The position numbers were made by a program, and so were the translations under genes. This document shows, piece by piece, positions 52,787 to 62,133 of a DNA stretch of 64,000 nucleotides. This stretch comes from Candidatus Falkowbacteria bacterium (GTDB lineage Bacteria > Patescibacteriota > Patescibacteriia > Patescibacteriales > UBA12465), in assembly GCA_016432645.1 (NCBI GenBank), contig CP066698.1:133062-197061 (forward strand), read 5' to 3'. How positions within the stretch are numbered: position 1 is the stretch's first letter; each line of letters opens with the position of its first letter. The notes under the pieces were generated by a model, which saw only the letters and a program-made list of their open reading frames with translations, was not told the DNA's origin and searched no databases.

Positions 52787-54215
52787 TTTCTATATTACCA
52801 CCACTTTGCCCTATATTAATTCCGAGCCGCATATCGGATTTGCCGCGGAAATAATTAAGGCAGACGTTATTGCGCGTTATCAGCGCCAAGCCGGAGCTCA
52901 GGTTTTTTTTAATACCGGCACTGATGAGCATGGTTTAAAAATATTTATGAAGGCTAAGGCAATGGAGTTGCCGGTCCAAGAATATTGCGATTTATATTCG
53001 GCTAAGTTTAAGCCCCTCAAAGAGGCCTTGAATTTGAGCTATGATAAATTTATCCGCACCACTGATGAGCATCATCTGACAGCCGCTCAAGAATTTTGGC
53101 GACGCTGTGAAAAAAATGGCGATATTTATAAGAAAAATTATCAAGTTAAATATTGTGTTGGCTGTGAAATGGAAAAAACTGATTCCGAACTGGAAAATGG
53201 ACGCTGTCCTTTGCACTCCGGTATGGATTTAGAAATTATTGATGAAGAAAATTATTTTTTCCGTTTTTCCAAATATCAGGAACAATTAAGCGCTCTTTAT
53301 AAAAATAATCCCAATTTTGTTTTGCCTCCTAGCCGTTTAAAGGAGATAGAGGCTTTTGTTGATTCTGGTTTGCAGGATTTTAGTATTTCTCGTCAGAAAG
53401 AAAAAATGCCGCATGGCGTGCCGGTACCCGGCGATGATAATCAGGTAATGTATGTTTGGTTTGATGCTCTAGTTAATTATATTTCGACTCTTGGTTGGCC
53501 GGAAAATGAAGCTAATTTTAAAGAATATTGGCCGGGACTGCAAGTTTGCGGCAAGGATAATTTGCGTCCCCAGGCGGCCATGTGGCAGGCAATGCTGATG
53601 TCAGCCGGCTTAGCCAACTCTACCCAAGTTTTAGTGTTTGGTTTTTTGACCGTTAATGGCGCTAAAATCAGCAAGAGCGCGGGCAACACCATTGATCCGT
53701 TTCAACTCGTGGAAAAATATGGCAGTGATGCTGTACGTTATTATTTACTAGCGGAAATGTCTCCGTTTGAAGATGGTGATTATTCTGAAGATAAATTTCG
53801 AACGCGTTATAATGCTGATTTGGCTAATGGCTTAGGCAATTTAGCGGCGCGCGTTTCTAATTTGTTGGAAAAAAATGCTATCGCCACGGACTTGAAAGTT
53901 GAACTTGAAAATTCCAATATTCAAGAAACGGTTACTGCCTTTAGAGCTGCTATGCAGACTTATAAATTTAATGAAGCTTTGCAGGTAATTTGGGAAAAAA
54001 TTAAAGCTAGCGATGAAACTCTGAGTCGGGAAACCCCCTGGAAAATGACTGATAAATTGGAAATAGCTAAGTCTTTAAAACCGTTGGCACAGACAATTTT
54101 AAATCTCGCTTATTTATTGGAACCGTTTATCCCAGAAGCGGCGCAAACAATCCAAAAACAATTTTTAACTTCGCAAATTACCAAGGGAGCATCTTTGTTT
54201 CCTAGGTTAACTTAA
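52776..54215 (+). CDS. metG: methionyl-tRNA synthetase (short form)
   Basis: PYINSEPHIGFA (HIGH region), a CxxC...C knuckle, and KISKSAGN (KMSKS). Confidence 0.9.
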   Translation: MKNNFYITTTLPYINSEPHIGFAAEIIKADVIARYQRQAGAQVFFNTGTDEHGLKIFMKAKAMELPVQEYCDLYSAKFKPLKEALNLSYDKFIRTTDEHHLTAAQEFWRRCEKNGDIYKKNYQVKYCVGCEMEKTDSELENGRCPLHSGMDLEIIDEENYFFRFSKYQEQLSALYKNNPNFVLPPSRLKEIEAFVDSGLQDFSISRQKEKMPHGVPVPGDDNQVMYVWFDALVNYISTLGWPENEANFKEYWPGLQVCGKDNLRPQAAMWQAMLMSAGLANSTQVLVFGFLTVNGAKISKSAGNTIDPFQLVEKYGSDAVRYYLLAEMSPFEDGDYSEDKFRTRYNADLANGLGNLAARVSNLLEKNAIATDLKVELENSNIQETVTAFRAAMQTYKFNEALQVIWEKIKASDETLSRETPWKMTDKLEIAKSLKPLAQTILNLAYLLEPFIPEAAQTIQKQFLTSQITKGASLFPRLT

Positions 54216-54219
54216 AAAT

Positions 54220-54735
54220 ATGATTATTTTTGACATCGTCTTAGCCGTTATTTTAGCAATCTTTGTCTTTAGCGGTTTAAGAAAAGGATTAATCCGCTCG
54301 GTGGGCAGTATCATTGCCTTGATTATTGGTGCATATGTTGCCAGTAATTTTTATTTAACATTCTTTGAATGGGGCCGTTCGTTGGTTGCTAATCACGAAG
54401 CCGGAGGTAAAATTGCCGCCTTTATCATTTTATTTATCGCTGCCAGCAGTTTAACTAATTTAATTTTCTTTTTAATCGAGAAAGTTTTTAATCTCTTGGC
54501 AATTATTCCTGGCAGCCGTTATCTTAATAATATTTTAGGGGCGCTTTTAGGATTATTAGAGGGCTCATTATTTCTCGGTTTAATGGTATTTGTGGCCTCC
54601 CGCTACGCGCTTATCGGTAATTTATTGGGCGATAATTTAGCTAAATCAGTAATTGCCCCCTGGCTGTTAAAAGTCGTGAATATTATTTTGCCGGTTTTAC
54701 CAGAAGCTTTAAAGGCTCTTAAGTCAATTATTTAA
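54220..54735 (+). CDS. cvpA: CvpA-family membrane protein
   Basis: Four TM helices. The N-terminal IFDIVLAVILAIFVFSGLRKGLIR is typical of CvpA. Confidence 0.7.
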   Translation: MIIFDIVLAVILAIFVFSGLRKGLIRSVGSIIALIIGAYVASNFYLTFFEWGRSLVANHEAGGKIAAFIILFIAASSLTNLIFFLIEKVFNLLAIIPGSRYLNNILGALLGLLEGSLFLGLMVFVASRYALIGNLLGDNLAKSVIAPWLLKVVNIILPVLPEALKALKSII

Positions 54736-54742
54736 TAGCAGC

Positions 54743-55345
54743 ATGATAAAATTAGAAAAAAAATTGGCTGATTTTAAGCCCGCGGATTTTGATTTGATTT
54801 CGGTTTATCTTCATGCCGGCAAAGTTTTGGTATTGCCGACGGACACCATTTATGGACTTAGCTGTTTGGCGACTGATAGCGAGGCTATTAAAAAAATATT
54901 TAAATTAAAAAAAAGAGAAGCCCGCAAGCCTTTAATTACTTTGGTTTCCAGCGTGGCCATGGCCAAGCGCTATGTTAGCTTATCAAAGTTAGAAGCAGGT
55001 TTTTTAAAGACGTTGTGGTCGGCGCAAGCCCGGCCGACAACTGTAATTTTAAGAGCCAAAAATAATTTACCGGCAGAAATTATCAGCGATTCCGGCGGAC
55101 TTTCTTGTCGTTTGCCTAAATCTGATTTTTTAATTAAAATAATAAAGAAAGTTAATGCGCCGATTATCTCTACCAGCTTAAATTTAAGCGGTGAGGCCCC
55201 GCTTGTCGCCGTTGATAATTTAGATAATATTTTTGCCGGTAAAATCAAACCGGATTTAATAGTAAATACTGGTTTCGCTAAGAAAAAGAAACCTTCGCGC
55301 CTGGTTGATTTGCGCGGCGGAAATTTAAAAATAATTAGAAAATAA
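54743..55345 (+). CDS. tsaC: L-threonylcarbamoyladenylate synthase (YrdC/TsaC)
   Basis: LVLPTDTIYGLSC and the SLNLSGE YrdC-domain motifs. Confidence 0.8.
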   Translation: MIKLEKKLADFKPADFDLISVYLHAGKVLVLPTDTIYGLSCLATDSEAIKKIFKLKKREARKPLITLVSSVAMAKRYVSLSKLEAGFLKTLWSAQARPTTVILRAKNNLPAEIISDSGGLSCRLPKSDFLIKIIKKVNAPIISTSLNLSGEAPLVAVDNLDNIFAGKIKPDLIVNTGFAKKKKPSRLVDLRGGNLKIIRK

Positions 55346-55346
55346 T

Positions 55347-56576
55347 ATGATTAAATATAGTCGTCAGCAAATTATTAGCGCCGCTTTTTTTCTGTTAGTA
55401 ACGCTTGGGATTTTTTCCGCAGGCCTGTATTTTGGCGGCAGCCAAAATAAAATAAATAAATCCGGAATTGCTTATTCTGAAGATGCCAAAAATATAGTTA
55501 ACGGCGGCCAAGAAGACAGCTTTGATTTTAATTTATACTTTGAAGTTTGGAATGCGCTCAAAAGTAATCATGTTGATAAGAATCAAATCAGCGATAAGGA
55601 TTTATTTTACGGCTCTTTGGAGGGTTTAGCCGCGGCGACTAAGGATTCTTACACGGTTTTTATGGATCCCGACACCACTCAAGAATTTTATGGAGATTTA
55701 TCCGGGACTTTTGAAGGGATTGGAGCAGAAATTGGCATGAGAAATGATGTCATTACCGTGATTGCGCCTTTAGATGGCATGCCGGCTCAAAAAGCGGGCT
55801 TGCGTTCCGGCGATAAAATTTATGCGATTAACGGGGAGTCGGCTCTTGGTTTAACTGTTAATGATGCCGTGAAAAAAATTAGAGGTCCTAAGGGAACTGA
55901 GGTTATTCTCACTATTATTAGGGGGGAAAGCAAGCCGGTTGATATCAAAATTACCCGTGATCAAATTTTTGTGGCCAGCATCAAGACCGAGATGCGTAAA
56001 GACGGTATTTATGTAATTAAGGTTAGCAGTTTTAATAATGATACTGACGATTTATTGAAAAAGGCAGTAGCGGAAATTGTTGCCAAACAACCTAAGGGCA
56101 TAATTTTAGATTTGCGCAATAATCCTGGAGGCTATTTATCTACGGCTGTTAATATGGCCAGCGAATGGATTGAAGAAGGCCCGGTAGTAGCCGAGCAATT
56201 TGGTGAAAATAAGCGTGAAGAGCATTTTTCTAACGGCAACGCTAAGCTTAAGAATTTTAAAACGGTAGTTTTGATAAATCAGGGAAGCGCTTCGGCTTCA
56301 GAGATTGTAGCTGGCGCTTTGAGAGATTATAAGAAAGCTACCTTGGTCGGTGAAAAGAGTTTCGGTAAAGGCTCGGTTCAAACAGTTAAGGATTTAAGCG
56401 ACGGCTCTTCTTTGAAAGTAACGGTGGCCGAATGGTTGACTCCGGCGGGTGATTCTATTAACGACAAGGGAATAGAGCCGGAAATAAAAGTGGAATTGAC
56501 GGAGAATGATGTTAATAAAGATTTAGACCCCCAGATGCAGAAAGCGATTGAATTATTAATTCCTAAGAAAAAATAA
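55347..56576 (+). CDS. ctpA: S41 carboxy-terminal processing peptidase with a PDZ domain
   Basis: PDZ AGLRSGDKIYAING, catalytic-region GSASASEIVAGAL, and a later Lys (GKGSVQ). Confidence 0.85.
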   Translation: MIKYSRQQIISAAFFLLVTLGIFSAGLYFGGSQNKINKSGIAYSEDAKNIVNGGQEDSFDFNLYFEVWNALKSNHVDKNQISDKDLFYGSLEGLAAATKDSYTVFMDPDTTQEFYGDLSGTFEGIGAEIGMRNDVITVIAPLDGMPAQKAGLRSGDKIYAINGESALGLTVNDAVKKIRGPKGTEVILTIIRGESKPVDIKITRDQIFVASIKTEMRKDGIYVIKVSSFNNDTDDLLKKAVAEIVAKQPKGIILDLRNNPGGYLSTAVNMASEWIEEGPVVAEQFGENKREEHFSNGNAKLKNFKTVVLINQGSASASEIVAGALRDYKKATLVGEKSFGKGSVQTVKDLSDGSSLKVTVAEWLTPAGDSINDKGIEPEIKVELTENDVNKDLDPQMQKAIELLIPKKK

Positions 56577-56623
56577 CTTGTAGGCGGCGAGGTTTCTTGT
56601 CGCCTATTTTAAAATATCTTACT

Positions 56624-58300
56624 ATGTCAAAATTGCCAGTAAAAACCAAAAAAAATAAAGACTTAGTTTCTGACCCGAAGTATATTTTTGTGGTCGGCGG
56701 CGTAATGTCCGGAGTCGGGAAGGGGGTAACCACCGCTTCCATCGGTCAAATTTTACAAGCGCGCGGCTACAATGTAAGCGCCATCAAAATGGATCCGTAT
56801 ATTAACGTGGACGCTGGAACGATGAACCCGATTGAGCACGGTGAAGTTTTTGTCACTGAAGATGGTGATGAAACCGACCAAGATATTGGCAATTATGAAA
56901 GATTTTTAAATAAGAATATCTATAAAGAAAATTACATGACTACCGGGCGGGTTTATCAGACAGTAATTGCTCGCGAAAGAAATTTGGAATATAAGGGAAA
57001 ATGCGTGCAAGTTGTGCCCCATATCCCAATGGAAATAAGGGATAGAATTGAGCGCGCTGTTAAAAAAACCGGTGCGGAAATTATGATTATTGAAATCGGA
57101 GGAACGGTTGGAGAATATGAAAATCTGTTATTTTTAGAAGCGGCCAGAGTAATGAAATTATACCGGCCCAAAGATGTTTTGTTCGTGATGGTTTCCTATC
57201 TGCCAATTCCCAATAAAATCGGCGAAATGAAAACCAAACCAACCCAGCATGCGGTTCGTAATTTACAAAGCGCCGGTATTCAGCCGGATTTCTTGGTTGC
57301 CCGCAGCGAGCGGATGATTGATCAAGCCCGACGCGAAAAACTTTCTATTAACTGCAATGTCGCTTTAGAAAGCGTGATTGCTGCGCCAGATGCTGATTCT
57401 ATTTATGATATCCCATTAAATTTTGAAAAAGATAATTTAAGCGAGCGCATTTTAGAAAAATTTAATTTGCCAAAAAAGAAAAGTAATAATGAGGAGTGGC
57501 AGAAAATGGTGCAAGCGACAAAAATTAAAACTCCCGAAGTGAATATTGGCATTGTTGGAAAATATTTTGCGAGCGGCGATTTTTCGCTTGGCGATTCTTA
57601 TATTTCCGTGATTGAAGCTATTAAGCATGCTGCCGCTTTTAATAAATGCAAAGTTAAAACTCATTGGTTAGGAGCGGAAGATGTTGAGAAACAAGGAATT
57701 AAAGCCTTCAAGGGCTTAGATGGTTTAATTATTCCTCAAGGTTGGGGCGGCCGCGGCGCTGAAGGGAAGATTGAAGCAATTAAATATTGCCGCGAAAAAG
57801 GAATACCATATTTTGGTTTATGTTACGGTATGCAGATGGCGGTGATTGAATTTGCCCGTAATGTCGCCGGTTTAAAAGAGGCTAATTCCGCTGAAGTAAA
57901 TCCTAAAACTCCAGACCCAGTTATTCACATCATGCCCGGTCAAGAGAAGCTTATTGAAGAAAAGGGTTACGGTGGCACTATTCGCTTAGGCGGCTGGCCT
58001 TGTAAGATACAGCCGGGAACTAAATTGGAAAAAGCTTACGCTAAATTTACTGATAAAAAAACCGTTTCCGAGCGTCATCGTCATCGTTATGAGTTTAACA
58101 ATGATTATCGCACTCGTTTTGCCGATTTAGGGCTAACTGTTGCCGGCACTTCACCGGATGGTAGTATTGTTGAGGCAATTGAGATTAAAAATCATCCCTT
58201 CTTTATTGGCGTTCAATTTCATCCGGAATATATCTCTCGCCCCTTAGCTCCGCATCCGCTATTTGTCGAGTTTATTAAGACTTGCAAGGGGAAGAAATAA
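56624..58300 (+). CDS. pyrG: CTP synthase
   Basis: YIFVVGGVMSGVGKG, DPYINVDAGTM, and GATase GLCYGMQ...HRHRYE. ATG 56624 is chosen because the TTG at 56597 sits inside the upstream terminator hairpin. Confidence 0.95.
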   Translation: MSKLPVKTKKNKDLVSDPKYIFVVGGVMSGVGKGVTTASIGQILQARGYNVSAIKMDPYINVDAGTMNPIEHGEVFVTEDGDETDQDIGNYERFLNKNIYKENYMTTGRVYQTVIARERNLEYKGKCVQVVPHIPMEIRDRIERAVKKTGAEIMIIEIGGTVGEYENLLFLEAARVMKLYRPKDVLFVMVSYLPIPNKIGEMKTKPTQHAVRNLQSAGIQPDFLVARSERMIDQARREKLSINCNVALESVIAAPDADSIYDIPLNFEKDNLSERILEKFNLPKKKSNNEEWQKMVQATKIKTPEVNIGIVGKYFASGDFSLGDSYISVIEAIKHAAAFNKCKVKTHWLGAEDVEKQGIKAFKGLDGLIIPQGWGGRGAEGKIEAIKYCREKGIPYFGLCYGMQMAVIEFARNVAGLKEANSAEVNPKTPDPVIHIMPGQEKLIEEKGYGGTIRLGGWPCKIQPGTKLEKAYAKFTDKKTVSERHRHRYEFNNDYRTRFADLGLTVAGTSPDGSIVEAIEIKNHPFFIGVQFHPEYISRPLAPHPLFVEFIKTCKGKK

Positions 58301-58357
58301 CCCAATAATAAATATCAAAAAAGACCGGTTAAGCCGGTCTTTTTTTATAATGAAACT

Positions 58358-58768
58358 TTATTTTTTAACAATCTTCTTCTTAGCAGCCTTTTTAACTGTT
58401 CTGTTTTTAGCTGCATTTTTAACGGCTGCCTTCTTTTTTCTGTCTTGTGCCGCCTCTGAAATCTTTTTCAATTCAGTCCGTTTTGCTTCGGTCATTGGAT
58501 AAACGCCGACCACCTTAGTAGTTTTTAAATTACCATCAAATTTCTTGAATTTTTTAGTGGAGAATTTAACAAAACCAGCCTGCATAGCGAATAAAGTGTC
58601 ATCATTGCCTTTTTTGACATTTACTCCAGGATGATATTTAGTTCCACGTTGTCTGATAATGATTGAGCCGGTTTTTGCCCATTCGCCATCTGTTAGTTTT
58701 ACGCCAAGACGCTTACTCTCTGATTCTCGTCCCAGAGAGGTTGAGCCGGCGGCTTTCTTATGTGCCAT
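58358..58768 (-). CDS. rpmA: 50S ribosomal protein L27 with a long Lys/Ala-rich C-terminal extension
   Basis: [24 protein letters not shown]...[12 protein letters not shown]. Confidence 0.9.
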   Translation of the reverse strand: MAHKKAAGSTSLGRESESKRLGVKLTDGEWAKTGSIIIRQRGTKYHPGVNVKKGNDDTLFAMQAGFVKFSTKKFKKFDGNLKTTKVVGVYPMTEAKRTELKKISEAAQDRKKKAAVKNAAKNRTVKKAAKKKIVKK

Positions 58769-58975
58769 ATTTGTGTTTTTTCATAAAAAATACGCTGGCC
58801 TTAAGGCTCGTATTTTTGTGATTAGCTTAGGTTTTATTTACTTAATATAACAAAAGCTTCTTAAATTGTCAAATGTCGTTTATTTGGCTATATTTTAGCA
58901 ATAAAAGTGGTTTTAATTTTTTTATAATATGCTATAATAGGAACATAAAATAATTAAAAAATAATTATTAATTTT

Positions 58976-59146
58976 ATGGTAAAAGTTGACGAAAATAAGT
59001 GTATCGGCTGTGGAATGTGCGCGGGTTTATGCCCGGAAACTTTTCAGATGAATGCCGATGGAAAAAGTGAAGTTTTAAATAATGCGGTAACGGATTGTGC
59101 TAAGAATGCGGCAGCCAATTGTCCCGTAGAGGCTATCACACTTTAA
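58976..59146 (+). CDS. small ferredoxin (56 aa; not in the ORF track)
   Basis: Hand translation MVKVDENKCIGCGMCAGLCPETFQMNADGKSEVLNNAVTDCAKNAAANCPVEAITL. CxxCxxC...CP plus a distal C...CP. Confidence 0.7.
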   Translation: MVKVDENKCIGCGMCAGLCPETFQMNADGKSEVLNNAVTDCAKNAAANCPVEAITL

Positions 59147-59156
59147 TTAAAAATAT

Positions 59157-59651
59157 ATGGCGACCGAAAATATCGCCGGTAAAATTGATTTAGATAAGCT
59201 TCCGGAAAAATTACCAGTTAACCATAAACCGGAAAAACCGGCGCCTTTAGAGTTGAGACCGGAGAAGTTGCCGGAAAGAGAAAGTAATCCTGAAAACTCT
59301 AAAGAGTCAAAAATGATTGTTATTCCTGAAAAAATTGAGCCGACTCTTCTAGTGCCGATGGGTAGTGTTTCCGCGTTTCAGAAACAACGCGCTCAAGAGA
59401 TTGATAATATTCTTTCCGAAGGACTGCATGATGTTTTTTTAAAGATGGACGCCCCTCGTCAAAAGGAATTTAAGCGCGTAGGCGAAGAAACAGCATTAAA
59501 GATTGCGGTAATGATGGAGAAGGGTAAATTTAAAATTAGTAAAATAATTGAACTTATAAAAAAGTGGCTGAAGATTATTCCGGGTGTTAATAAATTTTTT
59601 TTGGAGCAAGAGGCTAAGATAAAGGCCGATAAAATAATGCGTTTAAAATAA
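59157..59651 (+). CDS. hypothetical protein (164 aa, Pro/Glu/Lys-rich N-terminus)
   Basis: ORF 7 nt upstream of the ATPase gene. Has PEK repeats. Confidence 0.5.
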   Translation: MATENIAGKIDLDKLPEKLPVNHKPEKPAPLELRPEKLPERESNPENSKESKMIVIPEKIEPTLLVPMGSVSAFQKQRAQEIDNILSEGLHDVFLKMDAPRQKEFKRVGEETALKIAVMMEKGKFKISKIIELIKKWLKIIPGVNKFFLEQEAKIKADKIMRLK

Positions 59652-59658
59652 AGCGTTT

Positions 59659-62127
59659 ATGGAATTTAATCCGACAAATTTTAGCTTAGTCCCGCCCATT
59701 TTATTCGCCGTTTCTTTAACGGTTGCTTTAGTATTCGCGATTCTAAATATTCTGCGCCTGATTTTTGCTTCACGAAAGTATACTCCGCATTATGTTTTTT
59801 CGGTTAGGCTGCCAAAGGAAAAGCCAAACGAAGAAGATAAAAATAAATCAGTGCAAAGTTTGAAAGAGGAAATCGCCAAAGGAGAGACAATTTTTGCTTC
59901 CATTGGCGGTATGAGCGCGCAGAAAAGTTTTAAATCTTGGCTTTTTGGGCGCGATGACCATATTTCTTTTGAAATGGTCGCTGATTCCAAGCATATTACT
60001 TTTTATTTTGCCTCTCCGCAAAAAAATGTTCGCTATTTAGAACAGCAAATCCAGGCTCATTATCCGGCGGCCGTGATTGAACAGGTTGAAGATTATAATT
60101 CTTTCGGGCTGCAAGGAGTTGCTGCCGCCGCTTATTTAAGAACGACCAAGAGTTTTATCTTTCCGCTTAAAACTTATCAAAAAATGGATATTGACCCCAT
60201 GAATTCCTTGATTAATGTTTTGTCTAAGCTGGAGAAGGGGGAAAATTTAGCAGTCCAGTATCTAGTCAGGAGCGCCAAAAGATCTTGGCACGCTAAAGTT
60301 CGCAAGGTAGTCTTCATGATTCATCGTAAAAATTCCGTTGCTCTCGGTTTGAAGTACAGCAACCCAATACGCGCTTTGTTTCATGTTAACCTGAAAAATG
60401 ACGGGCCAAGCGGTATGAATGCCCAGGGCAAACCGCTTAAGAGACTGAGCGCCATTGAGGAGGAGATGGTTAAAACCATGGAAGAAAAAAATTTGAAAGC
60501 CGGACTAGACGTTAATATTCGGGTTTTAAGTTTTGCCAAGACTGCCGAAAAAGCTAATCTTTATTTAGAAAATATCGCCAATGCGTTTGCGGAATATAAT
60601 AATTTTAGTTATGGCAATTCTTTTTCTCGAGCGCGAAAAAATAATCAAGATAGAATTGTTAAAGATTTTATCTATCGCCATTTTCGAGAAAATATCAGTT
60701 TTTTATTAAATAGCGAAGAGTTGGCCAGTATTTTTCATTTTCCGCTCAGCACCACTGAAACCCCTAATATTTTATGGCTAACCGCTAAGTCGGCACCAGC
60801 ACCGGCCAATGTTCCTGATGAAGGAATTTCTTTAGGCACAAATCTTTATCGCGGTATCAAAAAAGATATTAGGATTAAGCGCGCCGATCGCCGGCGCCAC
60901 ACATATATCATCGGTAAGTCCGGTGTCGGTAAATCAGTCTTACTGGCCAATATGGCAGTCCAAGATATTCAAAATGGGGAAGGCGTCTGTGTACTTGATC
61001 CGCATGGCGATTTAATCGCCGATATTTTAGACCGGATTCCGCCGGAGAGAGCGGAAGATGTTATCATTTTTTCACCAGCCGACCTCGAACGGCCCTTAGC
61101 CCTGAATTTATTAGAATATGATCCGCGTTATCCAGAGCAAAAGAGTTTTGTGATTAATGAGATGATTGGTATTTTCGACAAGCTTTATGATTTGAAGGCA
61201 ACTGGCGGACCGATGTTTGAACAATATATGCGCAATGCCATGCTGCTGATTATGGACGATCCGGAAACCGGCTCAACCTTAATGGAAATTCCTAAAGTTC
61301 TAGCCGATGAAAATTTTCGGCGTTTAAAACTTAAAAATTGCCGCAATAAGACGGTCGTTGATTTTTGGATTCAAGAGGCGGAAAAAGCCGGCGGCGAAGC
61401 CGCGTTGGCTAATATCGTCCCTTATATTACTTCCAAATTAACCTCCTTTATTTCCAATGATATGATGCGGCCGATAATCGGCCAGCAGCACAGCGCTTTT
61501 AATCTGCGCGATGTGATGGACAAGCAAAAAATATTACTCATTGATTTGCCCAAAGGAACGGTTGGCGAAATGAATGCTTATTTATTAGGTATGATTGTGG
61601 TTGGCAAGATTTTGATGGCCGCTTTATCGCGAACGGATATGCCCAGCGAAGCCCGAAAAGATTTTTATTTATATATTGATGAATTTCAAAACTTTACCAC
61701 CAATTCAATCTGCCAGATTTTATCCGAGGCTCGAAAATATGCGCTTAATTTAATTGTGGCTCATCAATACATCGGCCAACTGTCTAAAAATAATAATACG
61801 GAGATTAAAGATGCAGTCTTTGGTAACGTCGGGACAATGATTAGTTTTAAGATTGGTTCCGAAGATGCGGAATTTTTAGTTAAGGAATTCGCCCCGGTTT
61901 TTAATGAGTATGATTTGATAAATGTTGATAAAGGAATGGCTTGCCTTAAATTATTAATTGATAATAGCGCCTCTCGTCCTTTCTCTTTGCATACGGTTTG
62001 GCCGCTTATCGGCGTTAAGCGCGAGGGCATGAAAGATAAAATCAGGTCGCTATCGCGCTTAAAATATGGCCAGAATGCGCGTTTAGTAGAAGCCGAAATA
62101 TCTAGGCGCACGGAAATTAAACAATAA
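59659..62127 (+). CDS. membrane-anchored P-loop ATPase of the VirD4/TraD/HerA-like (type IV coupling-protein-like) class
   Basis: N-terminal TM helix, Walker A IIGKSGVGKS, Walker B YLYIDEFQNF, and LIVAHQY. Confidence 0.65.
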   Translation: MEFNPTNFSLVPPILFAVSLTVALVFAILNILRLIFASRKYTPHYVFSVRLPKEKPNEEDKNKSVQSLKEEIAKGETIFASIGGMSAQKSFKSWLFGRDDHISFEMVADSKHITFYFASPQKNVRYLEQQIQAHYPAAVIEQVEDYNSFGLQGVAAAAYLRTTKSFIFPLKTYQKMDIDPMNSLINVLSKLEKGENLAVQYLVRSAKRSWHAKVRKVVFMIHRKNSVALGLKYSNPIRALFHVNLKNDGPSGMNAQGKPLKRLSAIEEEMVKTMEEKNLKAGLDVNIRVLSFAKTAEKANLYLENIANAFAEYNNFSYGNSFSRARKNNQDRIVKDFIYRHFRENISFLLNSEELASIFHFPLSTTETPNILWLTAKSAPAPANVPDEGISLGTNLYRGIKKDIRIKRADRRRHTYIIGKSGVGKSVLLANMAVQDIQNGEGVCVLDPHGDLIADILDRIPPERAEDVIIFSPADLERPLALNLLEYDPRYPEQKSFVINEMIGIFDKLYDLKATGGPMFEQYMRNAMLLIMDDPETGSTLMEIPKVLADENFRRLKLKNCRNKTVVDFWIQEAEKAGGEAALANIVPYITSKLTSFISNDMMRPIIGQQHSAFNLRDVMDKQKILLIDLPKGTVGEMNAYLLGMIVVGKILMAALSRTDMPSEARKDFYLYIDEFQNFTTNSICQILSEARKYALNLIVAHQYIGQLSKNNNTEIKDAVFGNVGTMISFKIGSEDAEFLVKEFAPVFNEYDLINVDKGMACLKLLIDNSASRPFSLHTVWPLIGVKREGMKDKIRSLSRLKYGQNARLVEAEISRRTEIKQ

Positions 62128-62133
62128 AAATTC

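Noticed and set aside
58380-58450. Apparent tandem DNA repeats (also at 38230-38360, 21700-21760 and 41230-41260) that might suggest CRISPR or satellite DNA.
   Set aside because: All lie inside ORFs and encode low-complexity peptide repeats: the Lys/Ala tail of L27, KPFRS repeats of the helicase, PVY repeats, and an EQ repeat. There is no repeat-spacer architecture.
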